64,000 nt of DNA from Isurus oxyrinchus (taxonomy: Eukaryota): positions 2,418,001-2,482,000 of the forward strand of contig JANJGN010000052.1 of the NCBI GenBank assembly GCA_026770705.1, read 5' to 3'. Positions 22,501-34,500 of the stretch are shown one piece after another. Made by a program: the position numbers and the translations under genes. The notes below the pieces were generated by a model, which worked only from the letters and a program-made list of their open reading frames with translations, did not search any database and was not told the origin of the DNA. Position 1 is the first letter of the stretch; every line of letters begins with the position of its first letter.

Positions 22501-25500
22501 TATCTGCGCCCTCACTAACACTGTCTATTTCCACCTCCATAACGTCGTACGACTTCACCCTGTCTCAGCTCATCTGCTGCTGAAACCCTCATCCACGCCT
22601 TCATTACCTCCAGACTCGACTGTTCCAACACATGCTCTACACTCCATAAACTTGAGGCCATCCAAAACTGCTGACCACGTCCTTACTCACACCAAGTCCC
22701 GTTCCCTTATCACCCGCTCTGCTCGATGACCGAGACTGGCTCCTGGTCAAGCAAAGTCTCAATGTCCAAATTTTTGAATATTTTTCCTCCCTATTACAGT
22801 AATCTCCTCCTTTATCTTCATCCACGGCAACATTCCCTATCGCAGGAGCCTCCTCCAGTCCCTACAACCCTCTCTATCTCAGGAGCCTCCTCCAGTCCCT
22901 ACAACCCTCCCTATCTCAGGAGCCTCCTCCAGTCCCTACAACCCTCCCTATCTCAGGAGACTCCTCCAGTCCCTACAACCCTCCTATCTCAGTACTCTCT
23001 TCCAATCCCGAAAACCATTCCTATCACTGCAAACTCCTCCGGACCCAACACCCCTCCCTATCTCTTTAACCTCCTCAAGCCCCGATAACCCTCGCGATAT
23101 TTGTAGCCTCCTCCAGTCCTAACAACCTCCACTATCTCTGCAAACTCCTCCAGACCGAATACCTCTCCCTATCTCTGTAAGCTGGTCCATCTCTTACAAC
23201 CCTTCATATTTCTGTAACCTCCTCCAGCCCACTACAACCCTCCCTATCTCTGTAACCTCCTCCAGTCCCTAAGAGTTTCCTTCATCTCTGTAACTCCTCC
23301 AGCCATTATAACCCTCCCTATCTCTGTAGCCTCCCTCAGCCCCAGCCACACTCCATATCTATGTAACCTCGTCCTGCCCCTACAACCCTCCCTATCTCTG
23401 TAACCCCATCCTGCCCCAAAAACTCCCCCATCTCTGTAAACTCCTCCAGTCCCTGCAACCTTCCCTACCTCTGAAACCTCCACCAGCCTTTCCAACCCTC
23501 CCTACCTCTGCAATCCGTCCAGCCCCTACAACTCTTCCTATCCCTGTAAACTCCTCCTGCCCCTAAAACCGTCTCTGCCCTTGCAGCCTCCTCCAGTCCC
23601 TTCACGTTCCCCATCTCCATAAACTCCTCAAATCCCTATAGCCCTCCCTATCTCTGCAACCTCCTCCAGGTCCTACCACCCTCCCTATCTGCGTAACCTC
23701 CTCCAGTATCTACAGCCCTCCCTATCTCTGTTACCTCCTCCAGCCCCCACAAACCTCCCTATCTGTGTAACCTCCTCCAGCCCCTGATGGAAGGTGGGTC
23801 GAGCGGGTCAGTCACTTGCATGTTTATTCTGCAGCTTTAATATTTTAAGAAGGTAAGAATGTAGGAACATAAGAAATAGGGACAGGAGCAGGCCATTCGG
23901 CCCCTCCAGCCTGCTCTCACTGATCTGGTTGCGGCCTTAACTCCATTTTCCTGCCTGTCCCCCAAACCCTTGACTCCCTTGTCGATCAAAAACCTGCCTC
24001 ACTCAGCCTTGAGTCTATTCAATGGCCCAGCCTCCACTGCTCTCTGGGGAAGAGAATTCCACAGGCTAGCGCCCCTCTGAGAGAGGAAATTCCTCCTCAT
24101 CTCAGTCTTAGATGGGAGAGCCCTCATTCCGAAACTGTGCTCCCTGGTTCTAGATTCCCCCACGAGGGGGAAACATCCTCCCAGCATCCACCCTGTCAAG
24201 CCCCCTCGGAATCGGATATGTTTCAATAAGGTCACCCCTCATTCTTCTAAACTCCAATGGATACAGGCCCAACCTGCTCACCATTTCCTCACAGGACAAA
24301 CCCTTTAATCCCAGGAATCAGCCCAGTGAACCTCCTCTGAACTGCCTCCAATGCAACTCTATCCCTCCCTAAGTAAGGAGACCAGAACTGTACACACTGC
24401 TCCTGATACAATCTCACCAACGCCCTGTGCAGCTGCTGCAAGACTTCCCTCCTTTTATACCCCATCCCTTTGCAATAAAGGCCAACATTCCACTTGCCTT
24501 CCTCATTCCGTGGTGTTCCTGAATGCTGACTTTCTGTGATTCATGTACAAGGACACCCAGATCCCTCTGTACTGCATTCTGCAGCCTGTCTCCATTTAAA
24601 TAATATCCTGTTTTTCTATTCTTCCTGCCAAAATAATTTGTTGCCATTCTCCTCAGTATTGACCATCCCCCCAATTCAGCCTCATCAGTAAATTTTGAGT
24701 CTAGTGGATCCACAAACCATCCAGAGTTAAATATTGAGATTTCTCTCCCCAGATAAACCCTCACAAGAGTGGAAAGGTGACAGTCCACGAGAGGTGACAG
24801 CACAGGAAGGTTCGTGTGTACAGATTCCATGTCATTACAGTTATCCATTGTGTCCGGAAAACCAACCGCGAGGTGGAGTCTGGTTTAATAATGAGAAACA
24901 GATTCCCTGGGCTCCCATTGCCTTTCACTCCAAGGATCACAGTCACGAGTTACCACGGTTCCACCATCGGACCCGGCTGTCTGGAGACCTGAAAGATGGC
25001 GACTGTTCCCTGATTATAAACAACATCAGACGGGAAGATGCAGGACCTTATTTTTTCAGAATAGAATTTGACAATGGTCCGAGCCATAACTATTACCCTG
25101 TAACCCAGCTTCACGTTTCTGGTAAGTGCTGTGTTATAATTACTCACCAATTCACATTCAACACTCAATGGGAAATAACACAAACTGTGACGTTTACATA
25201 TTAACACAAAACACAGCTAATTATAACACGCTGTCTGATTCTCAATAACCTGGTGATAGCTTCCAGTTCAGTCCTAAAACAACCTCTAATACTCTCTTTA
25301 ATATCAATGATTAAATGTATTGACTGTGTCCATCAGTGTTATCAGGTTATCCACTTACATCAATCTCCCTAATCCTGTTTAAAATTCTTACATATCAACA
25401 AAAGAAAGATTTGCATTTCTATAGCGCCTTTCACCACCTCTGGACATCGCAAATGGATTCACAACCATTGAAATAATTCTTGAAATGTAGCCCTTGTTGT

Positions 25501-28500
25501 AATATAGGAAACACAGCAGCCAATTTGTGCACAGGAAGCTCCCAGAAACAGCAATGTGATCAATAACCTGATCATCTGCTTTAAATGCCGGTTCAGTGAT
25601 TGGTTCAAATGGATTCTCTCCTGCTGGGAACTGGATAGAATTTAAATCTGGCAGATTTCGGAGAAAGTAACAAGCCAGTGTGTCAGGAACTGTGAGCTGA
25701 TCCCCCACCCTCACCCGGGATTGTCAATTCAATTGTCTCAAAGTGGAAGTGAATTCATCTGAGTGACAGAAACTCCACTAAGTCTGAAAATAGGAAAGTC
25801 TCTCCTGATCGTTGTAATCTCTCAGTTCTGATATCATCCTTGTAAAAGTGCTTTTTCTTGTGGGACTGTGATTTCTATTTGAACTGATGCTTCACGTTAT
25901 ATTTCTCTAAAAGGATCCATTCTCTGTCTGTTAGATTTCACAGATAAACCCATGATATTCCCTGCTGAAATTATTGCAGGGAAGCGTGTGGATGTAAGCT
26001 GCACCTTCAACACAACGTGCAATGGAACAGCAGCACCTGTCTTAACCTGGGACACTCCCACTGACGTACCTGGATCAGTCTCAAACACTGTAACTCAGCA
26101 TGGTGTCACTCTGACCTATACTTCTGTTCTGACCCTGATCCCATCACTCAAACACCACGGACACACTCTCAGCTGCAGAGTGAGATATCCATCTGTTTCA
26201 TCGGAGCGGACCCTCGTATTAACTGTACAAGGTAAGTACTGAAACCCTTGATTCTATATTAGCTGTAATAGGTTACAATGTGCAGAGCAAGATCCCACAA
26301 ACATCACTGGGTTGAAGACAAAACAGGTCCTTTTTTATTAGCGATATTGACCAGGGAGAGCTCTTCCTGTATTGAGCCTTGGGATTGTTTATGCCTACCT
26401 GATAGGGCAGAGGGGGCCAATGTTGAACTTAAAAGACAATATAGGATAATATAAATATTGTCTTCATTGATGTCAAAGATTTTGGGGGAGATGTAGTATA
26501 AAAGTTTAATATTAACAATGTAAATAGATAGTATTTATCATCAGTTACTCAAGGTCACATGAGAATAGAACACGGAGAGAGATAGTTCTATAGATACCTA
26601 GGTACATAGAAACTAGGAGCAGGATTAGGACATTCAGCCCTTCAAGCCTTCTCCGCCATTCAATATGATCATGGCTGACCCTCTATCTCAAAGCCTTATT
26701 CCCGCTTTCTCTCCGTACCCTTTGATGCCCCTAATATCAAAATATTTATCAGTTTCTTTCTTGAATACACTCAGTGACCCGGCCTCCACAGCCTCTGTGA
26801 TGGAGAATTCCACAGATTGACCACCCTCTGAGTGAAGAAATGTTTCCCTATCTCAGTCCAAAATGGCCTGCCCTGTATCCTGAGATTGTGGCTCTTGGTT
26901 TTAGACTCCCCAACCAAGGGATGCATCCTCCCTCCATCCAGTCTGTCTATCTCTGTTAGAATTTCTTACGTTTATTCAGGTCTCCTCTCATTCTTCTAAA
27001 CTCTAGTGAATACAGACCCAGTCGTACCAATTCTCCTCATACGACAGTCCTGCCTCCCCTGGTATCAGCCTAGAGAACCTTCTCTGCACTCTCTCGACGG
27101 CAAGTCTATCCTTTTTTAGGGAGGGAGACCAAAACGGCACGTAGTACCCCATGTGCAGTCTCACCAAGACCTTGTATAACTGCAGTAAGACATCCCTACT
27201 CCTGAACACAAATCCTCTTGCAATGAAGGACAACATACCATTTGCCTTCCGAATTACTTGCTGCACCTGCCTGTTTACTTTCATTGGCTAGTGCACAAGG
27301 ACACCCAGATCCCTTTATACATCCACATTTCCCATTATATCACCATTTAAATAATACTCTGCCTTTCTGTTTTTCACACCAAAGCCTACAATGTCACATT
27401 CATCCACATCATCTGCCATGTGTTTGCCCACACACACAACTTGTCTAAATCGCCTTGAAGCCTCTTTACATCCTCCTCACAGCTCACACCCTTACCCAGC
27501 GTTGTGTCATCAGAAAACCTGGAAATATTGCACTTGGCTCCTTCACCCAAGTCATTTAAATATATCGTGAATAGTTAGGTCCCAAGCACGGATCGCTGTG
27601 GTACACCACTAGTCACCGCCTGCCACTCAGATAAAGACTAATTTATTCTGACCCTCTGTTTCCTGTCTGTCGACCAATTCTCAATCCATGCCAGTAAATT
27701 ACCCCCAATCCCATGGGCTTTAATGTTGCGCACTAGCCTCATGTAGGACCTTATCAAAAGCCTTCTTGAAATCTAAAAACACCACATCCACTGGTTATCC
27801 CTTATCTATTCCACAAGTTACATCCTCAAAATCTCCAGTAGATTAGTTAAGCATGATTTTCCTTTCATTAACCCATGCTGACTTTGTCTAATCCCATTAA
27901 TGCTTTCCAAGCGTTCCGTTAGCACACCTTATATAATAGGCTCTAGCGTTTTCCCCATGTTAGACTAACTGGTCTGTAATTCTCTGATTTTTCTCTCCCT
28001 TCTATTTTAAATAGTGGAGTTACAATTGCCACCCTCGAATCTATAGGAACTGCTCCAGAGCCTATAGAATTTTGGAGGATGACCACCAGTGCTTCCAATA
28101 TTTCCAGGGTCACTTCCGTTAGTCTCCGGGATGTAGATTTTCAGGCCCTGGGGACTGTTCAACCTTTAACCCATTAATTTCTCCAGCTCCATTTTTTAAA
28201 ACTAATCCTGATTATCTTCAATTCCTCCCTCTCACTAGACACTTGGTTCCCTAACATTCCTGGGAAATTATTTGTGTCCTCTTTTGTGAAGACAGAACCA
28301 AAATATATGTTCAGTTCTTCTGCCATTTCTTTGTTTCTCATTAGAATTTCCCCCATTTCTGACTGCAAGGAACCTACATCGGTCACTGCTAATCTTTCTC
28401 TCTTCACATATTTATAGAAGCTTTTACAGTTGGTTTTTACGTTCCCTGCAAGTTTAATCCCATGTTCCATTTTCCCCTTCTTGATCAATCTTTTTGTCCA

Positions 28501-31500
28501 CTTTTGCTGAATTCTAAACTGCTCCCAATCCTCAGCATTGCTGCTTCCCCTGGCAATTTTATGTCTCCTCTCTGGATCTAATACTATCCCTAATTTCTTT
28601 TGTAAGCCCTGGTTGAGCACCATTTCCTGATTTATTTTTACGCCAGACAGAAATGGATAATTGTTGTAGCAAATGCTTCAGCCTTATCTTTTGCCCTGAT
28701 GTGCTGGGCTCCCCCTTCATTGAGAATGGGGATATTTGTGGATTCCCCTCCTCCAGTGAGTTAATTGTCCGTTACCATTGGATACGAGCATTAGTGGACT
28801 GTATTAGACCATTATCGAAAATGAAAGCTGGACTCCAGTATGGCCTCACTATGATGGATATGACAACTCGATTTCCAGAGACCATCCCTTTAGGAACAAT
28901 TACAGCTAAAGTAGTAATAGGGAAGTTAACCCAATTTTTTACCCATTATGGATTACCGCTGGAGATCCAGTCAGATCAAGGTTCCATCTCTATGTCTTAA
29001 AATTTTCCGAACATAATGAGTAATTTGGGTATAAAACAGTTAAAGTCCACAGCATATCATCCATAGACACAGGGATCTTTAGAGAGGGACCAACAAACCC
29101 TCAAAACAATGATTGAAGCTATTGTCATGATCTCCCCATGACTGGGACAAAGGACTGGATTTCTTGTATTTCCCACATGAGATTCACCAACTGAATCGGC
29201 AGGTTTTAGTCTTTTTGGAATAACTTATGGACACGAGATAAGAGGCTGTTTGAAATACATCAAAGAAAGATATTCCGGACAGAGGGATGAATCCTCTATT
29301 TCAGATGATGTGTCCATGTTTCAGGAACGGCTCATGGGAGCCTCCAAAGTGGCACAAGAACATCTTATAGTTTCTCAAACAGAAATGAAGGAATGGGGCA
29401 GACAGGCAAGCTGTGACCCGAACATCACAACCAGGGGGATGACGTGTTAGTATCATTGCCTTGGCAGGGGGAGCCTCTGAAAGCGCGGTTCAGTGGTCTC
29501 CACAAGGTAATTAGGAGGGTTGGTCAAGTAAATTATTTGATAGACACCCCAGATTGTAGAATAAAGAATCGGCTGTGACACATCAATATGTTAAAACGAT
29601 ACCATCGTAGGGAGGGAGGTAAAAAGGAGCAGGTATTTCATTTCCAACCAGATTCTGCATAGATTACAGAAAGGTTAATGCAGCAATAAAACCAGATTCC
29701 TACCCAATCCCCCGTTTAGAAGATGGTATTGACGAGGTTGGCAGTGCCATGTTCCTTACTGAGATAAATTTGTTGGTAGTGGGGGGTGTTCGTGACCATC
29801 AGTGTGGAAGGGTTAGGTTTACAGGTTACACAGACCAGACACACACCAACAGACACACACACACATGTAAGCACGCACATTCACACGCACACGCGCACAC
29901 ACACAACACACACACGCACACACACACACGCACACACACACACACACACACACGTAAGCACGCACATNNNNNNNNNNNNNNNNNNNNNNNNNNNNNNNNN
30001 NNNNNNNNNNNNNNNNNNNNNNNNNNNNNNNNNNNNNNNNNNNNNNNNNNNNNNNNNNNNNNNNNNNNNNNNNNNNNNNNNNNNNNNNNNNNNNNNNNNN
30101 NNNNNNNNNNNNNNNNNNNNNNNNNNNNNNNNNNNNNNNNNNNNNNNNNNNNNNNNNNNNNNNNNNNNNNNNNNNNNNNNNNNNNNNNNNNNNNNNNNNN
30201 NNNNNNNNNNNNNNNNNNNNNNNCACTCAGTGCTGCACTGGAGTCTCGGTGTCAGCTCCGATTCTGTGTTGAAGGAAGGTAAACTCCGGATCAACAAGAC
30301 CCTGAATTGGATGGAGCAACCTCCTTAACAGAGAATTGTAGATTTACCCCTCAGTGCTCCATCGATCAAATATAATTCATTGCCTGTCAAGCCCTTGGGG
30401 ACATCCTGAGGATGTGAAAGGCAGTTTCTTTAAATCTGGATGGGCAGCGTCTCTGGTGGGAGAATGCTCCTGCAGTGTGACAGTTTACATAGGCAGTGCC
30501 CATTGTAAATGTGACATAGGAACTTATCTTGAGAGAAGGTGCCTAGAAATGCACACAGGCATCAGTTACAGCGAGATGATACAGGAAGTTTTGCTGTGCA
30601 CTGTGTTTGCTCACATTAAAATCTTTATATATTTTTAGATGCACCACAGAATCTCTCAATTACTTCTCTTGATATGATTAACGCTTCATCGATCAATATA
30701 ATTGCGGGGAATTCTGCAGTGATAATCTGCTCTGTCGAGAGCTTCCCAGCTTCTAACCTGACGTGGCGACATCTTAATGTCCCAATGAACAGAACAAGTT
30801 CCAACAATGAGCTGTGGTTGGTGATTCCTCACGTTACATCCAGGGACACTGGAGATTATCAGTGTGTGGCAGAGAATGAACATGGAGCAGTGGAGGGGTT
30901 CATAACCATCACTGTGGAATGTGAGTGTGGAGATACATTTGTTTGTTTGTTGTCTCCGTGGTCTCCGTGGAGCCATTGGGATCGTGTTGTTTTTAATCCA
31001 GTTTTCTTCAATCCTCGCTCAGTCCACGTTATCCACACATCCAATTTTTCCTCTCCCTTTCTGTTTTTGGTCTCAGTTTCTCCTTCAATGGTTGTGAGGA
31101 CAAGGCTGTCAGGTCTTCGTTTCCAATCTCCGTACTTGACGACCTTTCTCTCTCTAACTGTCCTGAACAACCCTTTTAATGGCTGAACGTCTCCTCTTGA
31201 TCTAAGCCACTCATTGGTCTTTCTGTCCATCCAGCTGATTCTGAGCATCTGGCAGCATCTGTGGAGAGAAAGACAGGGTTAGCGTTTGGAGTCCGTAAGA
31301 CTCCTCTTCAGAGCTAAAGGGAAGTAGACATGTGGTGAAATATATCCTGTCTAAGGGGGGGCGATGGGACAGGTGGAGCTGGATAGAAAACCAGCGATAG
31401 GTGGAGGCAATGGAGAGATTGTGAAAAATGTCATAAACAAAAGGTCAAAGGGTTGTTAACAGTGGTGGTATTGGATAAAGGAGGTGCTAATGGTGACATT

Positions 31501-34500
31501 AAGCAGAGTGTGATAATGGGCGGACCAGGGTAAGCACTCTGGAAAGAGACAGATGGCCCTCGTGGGGGTGTGGCAGGGGGGAGGGGACGGTGGAGGGAAT
31601 AAAGATCGAAAATAGACTAAAATCTGCGGATAAAACAATCAATAAAAATGGAAATGAATTTCAAATAATAATAATAAAAATAAGTGGAAAACAGTTAACA
31701 AAAAAAACAATTAAAATGAATACATTAAAAAAGGGCTCAAAAAGCAGTGAAGATCGAGGAGAGAGTTCATGATCTGAAATTGTTGAATTCAATATTCAGT
31801 CGGGAAGGCTGTAAAGTGCCAGGTCGGAAGATGAGGTGTTGTTCCTCCAGTTTGTGTTGGGCTTCACTGGAACAATGCAGCAGGCCAAGGACGGACATGT
31901 GGGCATGAGAGCAGGGTGGGGTGTTAAAATGGCAAGCGACAGGGAGGTCTAGGTCGTTCTTGCAGACAGACTGAAGGTGTTCATCAGAGCGATCACCCAG
32001 TCTGTGTTTGGTGTCTCCAATGTAGAGGAGACCACATTGGGAGCATTGAATGCAGTAGATTAAATTGAAGGAAGTCTGCGTGAAGCGCTGCTTCACCTGG
32101 AAGGAGTGTTTGGGTCATTGGACAGTGAGGGGGGAGGAAGTAAAGGGGCAGGTGTTGCACCTTCTGTAAATACATGGGAAGATGTCATCGGAGAGGGTTG
32201 AGGTGCTAGGGGTGATGGAGGAGTGGACCAGGGTGTCCTGGAGGGAATGATCCCTGTGGAATGCCAACGGGGTGGGGGTGAAGGGAAGATGCTTTTGATG
32301 GTGGTCAGATTTTGTCCAAAGGAGGTGAGAAATGAGGGAGGGAATTCCAGAGGTTAGGATCCAGGCAGCTGAAGGCACGGCTGCCAATGGTGGAGCGATA
32401 GGAATCGGGGGAAGGTCAAGAGGCTGGAATTGGAGGTGCATCGAGATCTCGGAGGGTTGTAGAGGCTGGAGGAGTTTACAGAGATAAGGAAGGTTGTAGG
32501 GGCTGGAGGAGGTTACAGAGATAGGGAGGGTTGTAGGGGCTGGAGGAGGTTACAGAGATAGGGAGTGTTGTAGGGGCTGGATGAGGTTACAGAGATAGTG
32601 AGTGTTGAAGGGTCTGGAGGAGGTTACAGAGATAGGGAGGGTTGTAGAGGCTGGAGGAGTTTACAGAGATAGGGAGGGTTGTGGGGGCTGGAGGAGGTAA
32701 CAGAGTTAGGGAGGGTTGTGGGGGCTGGAGGAGGTTACAGAGATAGAGAGGGTTGTGGGGGCTGGAGGAGGTTACATAGATAGGGAGGGGTGTAGGGATG
32801 GAAGGTGGTTGCGGAGTTAGCGAGTTTTATAGGGGCTGTAGGAGGTTACAGGGATAGGGACGGTTGTGGGGGTTGGAGGAGGTTACAGAGATAGGGAGGG
32901 TTATAGGTGCTGAAGGAGGTAACAGAGATAGGAAGGGTTATAGGGGCTGGAGGAGGTAACAGAGATAGGGAGGGGGTAAGGAGGGATTTGAAACGATGTG
33001 AATTTTAAAATTGTGGCATTGTCGGACCGGGAGCCAGTGTAGCTCAGTGACCAACAGGGAGTAATATGTGAACAGGACTCGGTGTGAGTTAGGACATGGG
33101 GACAGCAGAGTTTAGGATGAGCTGATGTTTATGGAGAGTGGAAGATGGGAAGTCGGGCAGGAGAGTGTTGGGATAGTTGAGTGCAGAGGTAACAAAGGCA
33201 GGAATGAGTGTTTCAGTGTGAAGATTCCATCTTACGCTCTAACTTTGCTATGACGTTGTCTCATTGTTGTCCTTACCTCCTCAGATAAGCCGGAGATTTC
33301 CCAGCAGTCGGAGTGCACTCGGAGATCAGAGGGGGTCACCTGCGTCTGTGTGACCACCTCCAACCCACCGGGAGACCTCACCTGGCACCTGCCCAGTGCC
33401 AACATCAGTGGTAACCAAACACACGGAGATTTTGTGTCGTGGCAGGTCAGAGATGGGCATCTGGTGACTGGTTCCCTCACCCTGATGAGACCTCAGGATG
33501 AGGGGGGAGTGATTGCATCCTGCTCGGTTCAAAACCCACATGGGGAAGCCATGTTCAAGGTGTATCTGTGGGTCAAAGGTGAGAGACTCGCTCAGGATCG
33601 ATCTCCACTCAGCTGGATTGATCCCTAAACTCGAGAATTCCCTCCCTCAACCTCTCCACCTCTCTCTCTACCTCCTCTAAGATGCTGTGTACAACTTCCC
33701 CCTTTGACCAAGCTTTGAATCACCTGACCTCATGTGACAATGGCAACACTTGGTCAAATTGGAGCCAGGCCGTTCAGGGGGTGATGTCAGGAAGCACTTC
33801 TTCACACAAAGGGGAGTGGAAATCTGGAACCCTCTCCCCCAGATAAGCTGCTTCATTGGGTGCAAGACAGAAAGCTTTGACAAAATGTCCTTTCTCAGCA
33901 ATACTCAGGTTCTCCTCCCAAACGACGAAATATTATATATAAACATTACATAGATTACATCGAGAAACATTATATATAAATATTACATAGATTACATCGA
34001 GAAATATTATATATAAATATTACATAGATTACATTGATAAATATTATATATAAATATTACATAGATTACATCGAGAAAAATTATATATAAATGTTACATA
34101 TATTACATTGCTAAATATTATACATTAATGTTATAGGGATCACATTGATAAATATATATAAATGTTAAATTGATTACATCGAAATGCAAGACTCGATAAC
34201 CAATGAAGCAGTTTCGAAGTGAGCTCACTGTTGTCATGTAGGAAACGCAACAGTTGATTTGTACACAGCAAGATCCCACAAACAACAGCGTGAAATTGAG
34301 GTGATAATTGATTATTTTAGTGAGGTTATTTGATACATATATATATAGAAATTACATATATAATGTGGGTCACTAATGACCCTTAAGGGAGGGAAACCTG
34401 TCCATTTTAACAGGTCTGGGTGTATATGTGACTCCAGTCTCAGACACCATCATGGTTAACTCTTACCTGCCCTCTGAACTGGTCTCCCAGTTTGGGACAA

